Origin: an uncultured Phycisphaerales bacterium
Lineage (GTDB): Bacteria > Planctomycetota > Phycisphaerae > Tepidisphaerales > Tepidisphaeraceae
Direction: 5' to 3'
Assembly (NCBI GenBank): GCA_963844715.1
Contig: CAWJPJ010000008.1
Span: forward strand, 1 to 64,000
Length of the DNA: 64,000 nt
The notes below the pieces were generated by a model. It worked only from the letters and a program-made list of their open reading frames with translations, searched no databases and was not told the DNA's origin. Below, piece after piece: positions 7,818-19,699 of this stretch. The stretch's first letter is position 1; every line of letters starts with the position of its first letter. A program made the translations under genes and the position numbers.

Positions 7818-10280
7818 TGCTCATGTTCAACATCTCCGAATATCGCCGCAAAGGCAAAAAGCTCAGCGACTACCTCCCCTGGGCGGCGCTCGTTCACCCG
7901 CGCGTCATTCTGAACAAAGACGGGTCATTTCTGGCCGCGTATCGCTTCCGCGGGCCGGACCTGGATAGCTGCTCGGATCACGAGCTCATCGCGGTGCGGG
8001 CGCGGATGAACAATGCGCTGAAGCGCCTAGGCTCGCGCTGGTGCCTGCACGTCGAAGCCCATCGCCGCCCCAGCCAGGATTACCCGGCTTCTGCATTCCC
8101 CGATCCTGTCACCGCCGCGATCGAAGCCGAGCGGCGAAAGTGTTTTGAGGCGGACCAGACGCATTTTGAATCGGATCACACCCTGGTTCTGACCTACCTG
8201 ACCCCCGAGGACGCGCCTGGCCAGCGGACGCGATTTGTTTGTCGAGTCCGCGGCGCAATCGCGCGGACTAGACTATCACCGGGAACTGGAAAGTTTCCTG
8301 CGCCAGGTGGACCAGATCGGCGGACTGCTGCGCTCCTTCATGCCAATGGTCTTGGAAGTCGCTGAAAGCGACCTGCTGACCTACCTGCATCAATGCGTCT
8401 CCACGCGCCGGCACTTGCGCGTCGAGCTCCCGCCAGTGCCGTTCTACCTGGATGAGATGCTGACCGACGATTGTTTAGCCGGAGGATTCGAGCCAAGACT
8501 TGGCAATGATTATCTCCAGACCGTCAGCATCCGCGCCTACCCCCATCGCACCATGCCGGGGCTTTTGGACGGGCTGAATCAACTCCCTCTGCCGTATCGA
8601 TGGGTGGTGCGGTGGCTGCCGATGGATAAGACCAATGCCGAAAAGCTCCTGGCCTCCCTGCGCCGCCAGTGGTTCGCCAAGCGCAAGGGCCTGGCTTCGC
8701 TGCTGAAAGAGACAATCACCAAGGAAGCCTCCACCCTGGAAGACAGCGACAGCGTCAACAAGGCCCACGATGCCGATGAGGCAATGCAATACCTTGGCGC
8801 GGACCTGTGCAGCTATGGGTATCTGACCCTGACCGTTACGGTCTGGGACAGCGACTTGCACCAGGCCCGCCGGAAGGCCGCGGCGGTGCAGCGCGTGATC
8901 GACGGCGTGGGGCTGGTCTCCAAGATCGAAACCGTCAACGCGGTAGAGGCGTGGCTGGGGAGCCTGCCCGGCCATGCCTATGCCGACGTGCGCCGGCCGG
9001 TGATCGGCTCGCTGAATCTCTGCGATTTGATCCCTCTCAGCAGCGTATGGCCGGGACCGGGGCGATGCGAGCACCTGAATGGTCCTGTGCTCCTCCAAGC
9101 CCAGACCAAGGGCGCCACGCCGTTTCGCTTGTCGCTGTTTCAGGGGGACGTCGGCCACACGATGGTCTGTGGCCCCACCGGGGCCGGCAAGAGCACGCTG
9201 CTCAACTTCCTGGCCAGCCAGTGGCGGCGTTATCCGCAGGCGCAGGTCTACTTCTTTGACAAGGGGGGAAGCTGCAAGGTGCTGACGCTCGCCGCCGCCG
9301 GCGATTACTACGATCTTGGCGCGACCGAAGGAGGCTTGAGCTTTCAGCCGCTCGCGCGCGTGCATGAGCCGCCGGAGCGCCTGTGGGCGCAGGAATGGCT
9401 TTTAGACATCCTGGAGCGCGAGGGCGTCAAGCCTGATCCGATCCTCAAGGAAGAGCTCTGGCGTGTCTTGGAACTGCTGGGCGCCAGCGAGACTCGTGAT
9501 CGGACCCTCAGCAGTTTCACCAATCTCTTGCAGCACCGCGCCGCCAAGGAAGCTTTGCGGCGCTACACCTTGCAAGGGCCTTACGGCCACTTGCTGGACG
9601 CCAATCAGGACGACTTGAATCGTGGAACCTGGCAAGCTTTTGAGACCGAGCAATTGATGCAGAGCAAAGCCGCCACCGCGGCGGTGCTGACTTATTTATT
9701 TCATCGTCTGGAAGAGCGCTTTGCCGCCCAGGAGACAGGGGGAAGGCCAACGCTTCTTGTGCTCGACGAGGCGTGGGTGTTTCTGGCGGATGGACTGTTC
9801 GCCACCCAAATCCGCGAATGGCTCAAGGTCCTGCGCAAGCGCAACGTCGCGGTGGTCTTCGCCACCCAAAGCCTCAGCGACATCGCCGACTCGCCCATCG
9901 CGCCGGCGCTGATTGAAAACTGCCTCACGCGCATCTTCCTGCCCAACGCACGGGCGATGGAGCCGGCCGTGCGGCGGGTCTATGAAGCCTTCGGCCTCAG
10001 CGAGCAGCAGCTTCGCATCCTCGCCTCCGCCGCGCCCGAGCGCGATTACTACTACCAGAGCCGCGAGGGGGACCGCCTCTTTGATCTTGGATTAGGTCCC
10101 GTGGCCCTTGCGCTGTGCGCCGCAAGTTCCCACGGCGACCGCACACTCGCCGGCCAGATTCTGCGCGATCACCCGCGGAGTGAATTTGCCAGACGGTTTC
10201 TCGCCGCGCGGGGAGTGGATGCGGCACTGCTCGACAGTATGAATAGTCCAGGTTCTCAAATCTCAACCACGAAGGAATAA
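7817..10280 (+). CDS. trbE: TrbE/VirB4 ATPase (frameshift near 8220)
   Basis: LSDYLPWAALV, LNKDGSF, Walker A GPTGAGKST, LDEAW, LRKRNVAVVFATQS. Confidence 0.93.
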
Positions 10281-10283
10281 ACC

Positions 10284-11078
10284 ATGAATAAGAACTTCAT
10301 TCGCAATATCGTCCTTGCAGGGTTGTTTCTGCTTCCTTTGATTTTGGCCTCGCAGGCCAACGCTCAGTGGATCGTCTATGACCCGACTAATGGGACGGTG
10401 CTGATCGAGCAACTGGCGCATCAGGCCCAGGAGATCGATAACCAGGTCCAGCAAATTCAGAACCAGATCCAATCCCTGCAAAACGAAAGCCGCATGCTCC
10501 AGCACCTAAGCATCTCCAACGCCCAGCAGGCGGTGGGGATCATGGAGCAGATTCAGCAGACCCTCCAGCAGTTCTGCGGAGAGATGCAAAGCGAGGGCTC
10601 GACCGAGCCCATCGGCTTCACCGCCGCCTTCAACTGCGGACTTATCGCGCAATTGATCCACGACACCTATCCCGCTCCCCAGGACTGGCATGGCCAATCC
10701 GACACACAGATCGCGCAATACCCCGACCAGTGGAACTCCGCGGCCCGCGGCGCGGCGGCCAAGGCCATCCAGATGCAGGAAGCGTCAGTGGCCTCCATGA
10801 GCGGCACGCAACAGCGCATGAGCGACCTCGCCACGGCGAGCCAGAACGCTCCGGGTGAAACGGCGGCGATCCAGGCGACCAACGAGATGCTGGTGACCCT
10901 CAGCGCCCAGCTTCAGGACCAGCAGGCGGCGGAACTGTCAACGCAGCGGTCCCTTGCTTTGCAGCAATCCGAGGAAGCCGCCGAATACGAGCGCAACCAG
11001 GAACTGGTCAACCGCGCCACCGCGGACGCCCAGACCACCTACGACGTAGCGCCAGTCTCAGAACCCTTTGGAAATTGA
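10284..11078 (+). CDS. trbJ: TrbJ/VirB5-like
   Basis: Signal peptide, VYDPTN motif, Q-rich coiled coil, position in operon. Confidence 0.8.
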   Translation: MNKNFIRNIVLAGLFLLPLILASQANAQWIVYDPTNGTVLIEQLAHQAQEIDNQVQQIQNQIQSLQNESRMLQHLSISNAQQAVGIMEQIQQTLQQFCGEMQSEGSTEPIGFTAAFNCGLIAQLIHDTYPAPQDWHGQSDTQIAQYPDQWNSAARGAAAKAIQMQEASVASMSGTQQRMSDLATASQNAPGETAAIQATNEMLVTLSAQLQDQQAAELSTQRSLALQQSEEAAEYERNQELVNRATADAQTTYDVAPVSEPFGN

Positions 11079-11112
11079 GTTCCCAGGTCTCCGCGAAGCG
11101 GAGGGATTCTTT

Positions 11113-12137
11113 ATGGATGAAGGCAATGTCCTCAACGACGTTTTGCAGCACACCCTCGACTTCATCGACCACGGCTTCGGTCTGATCCAGGGGGACGTCT
11201 ACTGGCTCTTCGCCACCCTGCTGCTGATCAATCTGACGTTGGCGGGACTTACCTGGGCCTTAAGCCAGGAGGAAGCGCTTTCGGCGCTGCGCGAAGATTC
11301 CTCTACATCGGCTTCTTTGCTTGGCTGGTGATGAACTGGCCCTCGCTGATCAACACCGTCGGCCAGGGTTTTGTGAGCCTGGGGATGAAGGCGGGGAATT
11401 TGTCAATTTCCACCCAGCAGTTCTACAACCCGGGCCAGGTCGTCGCCATCGGCTGGTCCGGAGCATGGAACATGATCATGGCGGCGACCAAGCTGACCGG
11501 CATCCGCGCCACCTTCGAGAACCTGCCTCAGATCATGATTATCGAGTTAGCGGCGCTCGTTTACTTCATCTCCTTCGCCATGTTGGCGTTTCAGATATTC
11601 CTGGCGCTAGTGCAGTTCAAGGCCGGCTCGCTGGCGTCGTTCGTGCTCCTGCCCATGGCGCTGCTGAGCAAGACCGCCTTTTTGGCCGAGCGCCCCATCG
11701 GCTGGCTCATCGCCAGCGGCGTGAGGCTGATGGTTCTCGCCCTGGTGATGGCGCTGGGGCTGAATCTGGTGCAGCAGGTCATCGCCGTCCCCGCCGACTC
11801 CCTCACCATCCGCCAGGCGACCGCCGCGGCGATCGGCGCGGTGGCGCTGCTGCTGCTCGCCCGCATGGCCACCTCCATGAGTTCGGACCTGGTCTCCGGC
11901 TCGCCCAGTCTGGCCGCCGACGGCATGGGCGGGGCCGTCATGGCCGGTGGGGCTGGCGCGTATGCCGCGGGAACCGCCATCGACGCGGCCAAGAAGGGCG
12001 CGCCCTACGCCGGTCAAGCCATGCGCCGGGGCGCGATGAAGGCGGCTTCGATGTTTACAGGGGGCGGCGCCGCGGTCGCCGCCGGTGCGTCCGCCGCCGC
12101 GGCGGCCGGCGCGTTGCCTAAGACGAACGGCAAATAA
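11113..12137 (+). CDS. trbL: TrbL/VirB6 (frameshift near 11290)
   Basis: FIDHGFGLIQGDV, PG.VV..G, TAFLAER motifs; Gly/Ala-rich tail. Confidence 0.85.
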
Positions 12138-12164
12138 GAGGTTTTTCCAGCAAAGGAATCGCAC

Positions 12165-12861
12165 ATGTTCAAAAAACAAACGCGCAGCTATCAGTCACAC
12201 GGAGTTGAACAGTCTCCCTTTGCCCTCGCGGGACAGGCGTGGGACCAGCGCATCGGCTCAGCCCACGTGCAAGCGGAGAACTGGCGGATGATGGCCTTCG
12301 CCGCACTGGCCCTCAGCGGCGTGCTGACGATTGGCCTGCTCTATCAATCCAGCCGCACCCGGATCGAGGCGTATGTCGCGCAAGTGGACCCGCAGGGGCG
12401 CTTGATCGGCGAGGTCGAGCTTCTGGACCGCGGCTACACGCCCACCAGCGCCCAGGTCGCTTTTCACATAGCCGAACTGGTGCGGAAGGTGCGTTCACGC
12501 CCTTCCGATCCGGTCGTGCTCAAGGAGAACTGGGAGGAAGCTTATCACTACCTGGCCGGCGATGCCGTCACCACCATGAGCGAGTACGGCTCCCACGCCG
12601 GCCTGGCCGATCCCGCCAACCAGGATGTGATGGTGGCCGTGGAGATCGTCAGCGTCCTGCAGCGCCTCCGACGCCAGCTATCAGGTGCGCTGGAGGGAAA
12701 CCGCCTTTGAAAACGGCGCCCGCTCCACGGTCAGCTACTGGACCGGTCTGTTCACCACCCGGATCGTCCCGCCCAAAACCGCCCGTGCCGTCTTTCAAAA
12801 TCCCCTGGGCGTGTACGTCACCAGCTTCACGTGGAGTCAGGAGTTTGCCGGGAACAATTAA
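12165..12861 (+). CDS. trbF: TrbF/VirB8 (frameshift near 12670)
   Basis: WDQRIGSAHVQAENWR, DPVVLKENWEEAY, NPLGVYVTSFTWS. Confidence 0.88.
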
Positions 12862-12908
12862 GAGTCAAAGATCTTGTCACTCAATCGCGTGTTTATCAGG
12901 AGCGCATT

Positions 12909-13884
12909 ATGAAACAGATCAATCAGAAGGGTTCTTTCCATACAACATATATATGGCTCGCCGCCGCGGGGATGCTGGCCGGGTGCGGCAGTTCGCCGCC
13001 GCCGCAGACCGTTTACTTAGAGGCCAGTCGCATCACCGAGCCACCGCCGCCTATCGTCAGGGAGGTGGCTGTGCCGGTACCGGTCCCGCAGTGGCGGCGA
13101 TTGCCGGAGACTCGTCCGGTCGCCGCCTCACAGCCCATGCGCCGGGCAGGTGATCGCCGACGCCACGCGCGGCGCTACCCAGCGGCCGACGGAAGAGGGA
13201 TTTATCCAGGCGGTCCAGACCTATGACTTCGTATCAGGCATGGTCTATCAGGTCATCGCCAGTCCCGGTCACGTGACGACCATCCTGCTGGAACCCGGAG
13301 AGCAACTGATCTCCAAAGTCTGCGGAGACACCGCGCAGTGGCTGGTCGGCGACAGTCACAGCGGCGGCGGGATTGGCATTCAGACATTGGTGCTCATCAA
13401 GCCCCTCAAGCCGGACCTCCAAACTAATCTGGTCCTCTCCACGGACCGCAGGGTTTACCAGATTGACTTGCAGAGCATGGCCGGCGTCTACCACTCCGCT
13501 GTCCAGTGGACCTATCCGGCTGATTTTGCCCGCCAGTTTGCGGACGAACAGCGGCAGCAGAATCAGCTAAGTCAGATGTTGATCGATCAGAGCGTGAATC
13601 TGGCAGACTTGGATTTTGATTATACCATCCGCGCCAAGGGGGACACACCCGATTGGATGCCGCTGCGCGTCTTCACCGATGGTCACAAGACCTACATTGC
13701 CTTTCCCGCAAGTTTGGACGCCAAGGAAGCGCCCCCTTTGTTTGTGCTCAGCCGCAAAGGCGATGCGCAGCTCGTCAATTACCGCCAGCGAGGCAACTAT
13801 TACATCGTCGATCAGGTGATCCGCAAGGCGGAGCTGCGCTTAGGCGAATCGCCCCAGGAAGTGGTCCGAATCGAGCGGGAGTAG
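12909..13884 (+). CDS. trbG: TrbG/VirB9 (frameshift near 13145)
   Basis: Lipobox LAGC; GDTAQW, TNLVLSTDRRVY, APPLFV, LVNYR. Confidence 0.88.
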
Positions 13885-13942
13885 CGGCGGCGCCAAGGGT
13901 CCTGCTTTGAATCAATCCGCTTGCAGCAAAAAGGAAAATGCC

Positions 13943-15291
13943 ATGTCTGAACCCATTGATCCTCCTCGTGATGATTCTGCCGAGCAATCACAGGACCTGA
14001 CCATTCGCGTTCCCCGCGGCCGCGTGTCGGGGCTGAAGCGCCGGCATATTCGTTTGGCCGCGGCGCTCCTGGCGGCCGTGGTCGCGGCAGCCCTGATCGT
14101 GGGTCTGGGGATCGATTTTCGTCCTGCGCTTCCCAGGAGCATAAGATCGACCTGCCGCCGGAGAATGCCAAGCCTTCACCCATCGCGGATCTGCCTTCCA
14201 CCTATGCGGACGTGGCCAGCGCCAAGGTAAAATCCGCCGTATCGGCGGATGCGGACCGGCAGAATCTTTACCAAGGCTCCATGCAGCCGTCGCCGCGCGA
14301 GCAAGCATTACAGCAGGCGCTGGCGCGTCTGGCCGAATCTATCCAGCAGGTGGGCCAGGAGAATAAGCAACTGGCTCAGCAAATCGCCGCCTATCAATCC
14401 GCCGCCGGCCAGCAGCAGGCCAAGGTCTGGGCGTCGGGATTGTTTTTCAAAATGGATGACACGAGGGTTCAGGAGGCACAACCCTCGACGACGCAAGCGC
14501 CGATCCCGAACGATGCGCCGTCTGCCACCAACAATGGCAACGCCTTTGAGCGAGAGATCCAGAGCCAGCGGCAGCGCCTTGAAGACCTGCTCCCTCAGTC
14601 GCCGGCGTCACAGCCGCAAAGTGACCAGGAGCGCAAGCTGGCCTTCCTCGACGGCTCGTCTTCGCCAGGAAGTGAGCCACAGCAGCCGGTTCTGCAAGAG
14701 CCGCCCAATGAAAAGTCCGGCGTCTATCAACTGCAAGCCGGTACCGTGATTCCCGCAGCGCTGCTCACCGGCATTAACACCGATCTGCCCGGCGACGTGG
14801 TGGCGACTGTCACGTCCCCCGTCTATGACTCGGCCACGGGAGACCACCTGCTGATTCCCCAGGGCGCACGGCTCTACGGCAGTTATGACAGCCAGATCAG
14901 CATGGCGCAGGACCGGGCGCTGTTGGTGTGGCATCGGCTGCTCTTTCCAGACGGAGCTTCCGTCAATCTCGACCGCATGCGCGGCACGGACGGGGGAGGA
15001 TACGCCGGGATCGCCGATCAGGTGGATTATCACAGCGACAAGCTTGCCGCCGCCGCGGTGCTCTCCGGCATCGTCGCCTACGCCGGCAACCTGGCCCGCA
15101 ATCCGCAGGAGGATGTGAATAATTCCTCGGGGGATGTCGTGGGCGATGCCGTTGCGCAGCAGGCCAGTGCCATCGGCTCCAAGATCATCGACCGGCAACT
15201 GAATGTGCAGCCGACCATTACTGTCCGCCCCGGCTGGCCGGTGCGGGTATTGGTCAACAGGGACTTTGCGCTTCCATCTTACGGCAATTGA
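13943..15291 (+). CDS. trbI: TrbI/VirB10 (frameshift near 14140)
   Basis: AGTVIPAALLTGINTDLPG, VYDSATG, LNVQPTITVRPG. Confidence 0.92.
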
Positions 15292-15308
15292 ATTGCGGGA
15301 GAACTGCT

Positions 15309-15596
15309 ATGGACAAGATCGCTCTACCCAAGCTCCGCGACGACCGGCCGCCCGTGGAATACCGCGTGAGGCTCGATCCGGCTCTCAACGATGAATTGCT
15401 CTTCTATCGTCGGCACTATATGCAGACCTATGGGCAGGAGATTGAACCCAAGGACCTGTTGGAGCCGATCGTACGGAGATTTTGGCAAGCGACCGCTCCT
15501 TCCGGAAGTTCAAGAAACAGCATCCCGTGGCGGCGGCCTCGGCCAGTATCGGACCGGCGCACGGCTCATCAAACACCCAAAAGGCATAGTCGCTAA
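15309..15596 (+). CDS. DUF2274-family protein (3' end uncertain, probable indel)
   Basis: LPKLRDDRPP...L.P.L..EL..Y...Y..TYG..I.P.DL..P...RF; typical position after trbI. Confidence 0.7.
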   Translation: MDKIALPKLRDDRPPVEYRVRLDPALNDELLFYRRHYMQTYGQEIEPKDLLEPIVRRFWQATAPSGSSRNSIPWRRPRPVSDRRTAHQTPKRHSR

Positions 15597-15633
15597 CCAG
15601 CCGGTGCTATGTCAATCTTCTAGGAGACATTCC

Positions 15634-15909
15634 ATGAACAATAATTCGATCAAGCCCGTCGCCGAGATCCGCCGAGGCGCTGTCAAAGCGGCCATTTGGA
15701 AGAACACGGCGGACCATGGCAACAACAGCCGCCCTCTGTTCGCCGCGACCTTCCAACGTCTATACCGCGGTGCGCAGAACAAATGGCAAAGTACCGATAG
15801 TTTCGGACGGGACGACCTCTTGGTCCTTGCGCAGGTGGCGCAGCAAGCCTTTGAGCGCATTCATGAGCTTCAGCAGTCGGAACAAAAATCAGATTCGGAA
15901 AAGCAATGA
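15634..15909 (+). CDS. Small putative nucleic-acid-binding protein (planctomycete mobile-element family)
   Basis: AGGAG RBS; PVAEIRRGAVKAAIWKN...F.R.Y.....W..T.SF.RDDLL.LA pattern. Confidence 0.6.
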   Translation: MNNNSIKPVAEIRRGAVKAAIWKNTADHGNNSRPLFAATFQRLYRGAQNKWQSTDSFGRDDLLVLAQVAQQAFERIHELQQSEQKSDSEKQ

Positions 15910-16172
15910 ACGACCAGGAGGAAAAACTTGGGTGTCCGTTGCCATTGGAGTGGCCGCCGCGGCCGGCCCTGTTCCCTGACCTGATGACTCCGCTGGAGGC
16001 GGCGCAGTATCTGCGCTTGGACGAGATCGGCTCCCACACGCCGCGCTCGGCGCAGCGCACCATCACCTTCTGGCGCGACAAGGGAGAGCTCCGCGCCACC
16101 AAGTTTGCGCGGCATGTGTGGTTCCGCAGGAAGGAATTGGATCGCTTTCTGGAAGTGAAAACGGAAGCTTAA
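15906..16172 (+). CDS. Excisionase-like HTH protein
   Basis: LMTPLEAAQYL...W...GEL.A.K......FRRKELDRF; directly upstream of integrase. Confidence 0.8.
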   Translation: MNDQEEKLGCPLPLEWPPRPALFPDLMTPLEAAQYLRLDEIGSHTPRSAQRTITFWRDKGELRATKFARHVWFRRKELDRFLEVKTEA

Positions 16173-16201
16173 AAACCTTGCGAATTTCGCTCGCAATTGC
16201 C

Positions 16202-16230
16202 TTCACGCCCCGGCCGGCTGGCGCTATACT
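16202..16230 (+). promoter_or_regulatory. Sigma70-like promoter for integrase
   Basis: TTCACG-17 nt-TATACT about 70 nt upstream of the int ATG. Confidence 0.45.
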
Positions 16231-16300
16231 CCTCTCATTGGTCAGTCGTCACGTGGTGGCCCAATCGGCCCCGGGCATGCGGGCCGGAGAGGTTCCCATC

Positions 16301-17574
16301 ATGGCGACGACGAAAGTTGGCATCTATCGCAGTTATTACGGGCCGGTTCCGACCGATGCGTCGGGCCACCCGCTACCTAAATCCGAATGGCCAAAAAAGC
16401 GGCCGTTCAGTTGGGTGGCGCGGTGGTTCGGCAACGACGGCAATCGGTACTCCAAGAGCTTTAATGGCCGAAAGGAGGCCGAGCGTTTCGCCGAAAACAC
16501 ACAACAAGAGGTCCGGCAGGGAAAGGGCGATGCCCCGGCACCGGTCTCACTGAAAGCGTTTTACGACGACCACAAGCAGCTGATGAAAGGCAGCGTCGCT
16601 CGAAAGACACTGCATATGCAGTTGGCGACCTTGAAATTCCTGGCCGGTTCCATCGGCTGGGAACGGTCGATTCATCGCGTCACCGCAAAGGAGATCGAGC
16701 AGTTCCGCTCGCAACGGATTGGCGCCGGTATTATGCCGGCTTCCGCCAATCGTGAGGTCAAGACGCTTCGGCGTCTGTTCAACCTCGCGATTTTCCGAGG
16801 TTACTTGGCAAAGGGAGCCAATCCATGCTCCGGCGTTCCACTGCTGAAGGTGGGTGCAAGCGTCCGCCGTATTGCCGGCCTAATGATTTTGTGGCTTTGG
16901 CCGGGAGGGCGCCGGATGCGATGTGGCGCGCATTACTCGTAGTGCTTTACACGACCGGTATGCGTCTTCGTGAAGCGTTGAATCTAACCTGGGCAGACAT
17001 CGACTTTGCATCAGGCCAGGTTCATGTAACGCGAAAAGTAGCCGAAGGGTTCGTGCAGGCATGGACGCCGAAGGACCACGAAATGCGATCGATTCCACTG
17101 CCTAGGCAGGCGATCGACCTGCTGACAAGGTGGCAGACGATCGCACCCGAGCAATGTCCTTATGCGTTCATGGATCATGGTCGATGGGAGTATTACTGCC
17201 AGCAAGTCCAAGACGGCTTCTGGCAAACCGATCGGGATTTGATGAACAATGCCCTGCGGCGGTTCCAGACGATCTGCCGTCGGGCTGGCGTTGGTCCCTA
17301 CACGATCCACGACCTGCGGCGCAGTTGCATCACGAATTGGGCAAACGAACTGCCGATCCACGTGGTGCAGCAGTTGGCCGGACACAGCGACATTAAGACG
17401 ACACAGCAGTTTTATTTGTCGGTGCGTCCGGAGGACATCGATAAGGCGCAGCAAATTCAGCAGGTCTTGGTCGGCACAGTCGGCTCGACAGACGATCCGA
17501 CTGACCAAAATCTGACCAACTTGGGCCGAAAGCGGGAGTTTCCCAGACGGAAGGTGTTTAAGCCGCTGCCGTAA
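16301..17574 (+). CDS. int: ICE tyrosine integrase (frameshift near 16860)
   Basis: TTGMRLRE, HDLRRS, LAGHS, TQQFY; ends 26 bp from the tRNA 3' end. Confidence 0.9.
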
Positions 17575-17600
17575 ATTTTGATTTCGGAGCAGCTTAGGAA

Positions 17601-17674
<74 letters not shown>

Positions 17675-17776
17675 CGCAATTCGCAAGTCCCGTATCATTT
17701 CCGCGGCGTTCGGGGGTGTCAAGATGGGTTTGGCCGGTTGCGTTCCGGGGGCGTTGGCGTCAGACTGAGCCGGATC

Positions 17777-19699
17777 ATGTCGGTTTATTCCGTGGAAACA
17801 CACGGTGAGTTGCGGCCATTTCTGGAAGAGGAATGGCTGGTCACCAACGGGCTGGGGGGATTCGCATCGGGCACGCTCGTCGGATGCAATACGCGCCGAT
17901 ATCACGGGTTGCTGTGCGCGGCGATGCTGCCGCCGGTGGGGCGGATCATGCTGCTCAATCGCATCGGGGAAATCCTCACGTTCCAGGGGGACGAGGAACG
18001 GCTGCTCGAGCTGTCGATCAACCAGTTTTTCGACCGCTTTCATCCGCGCGGGGACCGATATCTGCGTCAATTCGAAGAGAACGACGGATTCGTGCAGTGG
18101 ACGTACGAAGCCGAGGGGATTCGCGTCATCAAGCAGTTGCAGATGCCGTGGCGGATGAACGCGGCGGGAATTCGATACATGGTGATGTCGGAGCGGCCGG
18201 TGGAATTGAAGCTGCTCCCGTTCGTGCGATTGCTGGATTTTCATCAGCTTCGGCGCGGGCAGGCGAGCTTGCAGGGGGCGTACGAGCAAAAAAGCGTCTG
18301 GGTCGCGGATGGGAAGAACAAGGTATCGATCGTTTCCGACGCGGGGGAGTTTGTCTGCGAGCCGGATTGGTGGTTCAGCCATATTTATTCGGTCGAGACG
18401 GAGCGCGGGCAGGACGACGCGGAGGATTTGTACACACCCGGGCATTTTTCGCTGAAGGTGACCGGGGCCGCGACCATCACGCTATGGGCGAGTGCGGGGG
18501 ATGAGAAGGCATTCAATTGGGACGCCGAGCTGGAGCGCCGGCGGGCGGCGGCGCCGAAGCTGCCGTGGAAAGCGCCTTCGCAGGCGCTGTCGCGATTGGC
18601 GCGGGCGTCGGAGGATTTCGTGGCGTATCGGCGGTCGCCGGACGACAAGGATGGATCGACGATCATTGCCGGGTATCCGTGGTTCGCGGATTGGGGGCGC
18701 GACACAATGATTTCGCTCCCCGGGCTTTTGCTCGTGACGGAGCGATTTGCCGAGGCCCGGCAGGTGCTTTCGGTTTTTGCCCAATATGTGAGTCTGGGGA
18801 TGATTCCGAACCGGTTCGATGATTACACGAACGAGCCGTCGTATAACACGGTGGATGCGAGCTTGTGGTTCATTCATGCCTGTTTTGAATACGCGCGCCG
18901 GTCGGGGGACAAGAAGACGATGGACGAGCTGCTCCTGCCGGCGTGCAAGGCGATCCTCGCCGGGTACACGCGCGGGACGCGGTTTCATATCGGCGTCGAT
19001 CCGGCAGACGGACTGGTCACCCAGGGGGACGCCGGAACGCAACTGACCTGGATGGACGCGAAATGCGACGGCGTTGTGTTTACGCCGCGGCAGGGGAAGG
19101 CGGTCGAGATCAATGCGCTCTGGTATCACGCGCTCAAATTGCTCGGGGAAGAGGCCGAGGCGAAGCGCGTGGCGGAGAGCTTTCGCAAGGCGTTCTGGCT
19201 GAGCCCGTTCCGGGGACTGGCGGACGTGGTGGACGGGCCGCGGAAGGACGCGTCGATCCGGCCGAATCAGATTTTCGCGGTCTCGCTCCCAAACAGCCCC
19301 CTGAATCGCGACGAGCAGGCGGCGGTCGTCGAGACGGTGCGCCGGGAATTGCTCACGCCGGTGGGGCTGCGCACGCTGGCCAAGACCGATCCGAGATATC
19401 ACGGTCAATATCGCGGCTCGCAGAGAAAGCGCGATGAGGCATATCACAACGGGACGGTCTGGCCGTGGCTGCTGGGGGCGTTCCTGGACGCATACCTGAA
19501 AGTTCACGAGTGGTCGCCTGCCGCTGTCGAGCAGGCGAAGAAATGGCTTTCATCGCTATTGGCGACGATGGATCGGGGATGCATCGGGCAAATCTCCGAG
19601 ATTTTCGAGGGGAACGAGCCGCACCGGGCGTGCGGGGCGTTCGCGCAGGCGTGGAGCGTAGCCGAGGCGTTGCGACTGGCGGTCGAGCTGGGGATGTGA
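17777..19699 (+). CDS. Glycogen debranching enzyme (amylo-alpha-1,6-glucosidase family)
   Basis: EWLVTNGLGGFASGT, TRRYHGLL, AGYPWFADWGRDTMISLPGL, TWMDAK, YHNGTVWPW, QAWSVAE. Confidence 0.92.
   Translation: MSVYSVETHGELRPFLEEEWLVTNGLGGFASGTLVGCNTRRYHGLLCAAMLPPVGRIMLLNRIGEILTFQGDEERLLELSINQFFDRFHPRGDRYLRQFEENDGFVQWTYEAEGIRVIKQLQMPWRMNAAGIRYMVMSERPVELKLLPFVRLLDFHQLRRGQASLQGAYEQKSVWVADGKNKVSIVSDAGEFVCEPDWWFSHIYSVETERGQDDAEDLYTPGHFSLKVTGAATITLWASAGDEKAFNWDAELERRRAAAPKLPWKAPSQALSRLARASEDFVAYRRSPDDKDGSTIIAGYPWFADWGRDTMISLPGLLLVTERFAEARQVLSVFAQYVSLGMIPNRFDDYTNEPSYNTVDASLWFIHACFEYARRSGDKKTMDELLLPACKAILAGYTRGTRFHIGVDPADGLVTQGDAGTQLTWMDAKCDGVVFTPRQGKAVEINALWYHALKLLGEEAEAKRVAESFRKAFWLSPFRGLADVVDGPRKDASIRPNQIFAVSLPNSPLNRDEQAAVVETVRRELLTPVGLRTLAKTDPRYHGQYRGSQRKRDEAYHNGTVWPWLLGAFLDAYLKVHEWSPAAVEQAKKWLSSLLATMDRGCIGQISEIFEGNEPHRACGAFAQAWSVAEALRLAVELGM

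Larger units (their letters stand above)
1..17600. mobile_element. Integrative conjugative element with P-type (Trb) T4SS at tRNA-Arg 3' end; left boundary not resolved, left part probably from a second related element
   Basis: trb cluster, DUF2274, xis and int abutting the tRNA 3' end; second att copy not seen in window. Confidence 0.75.
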
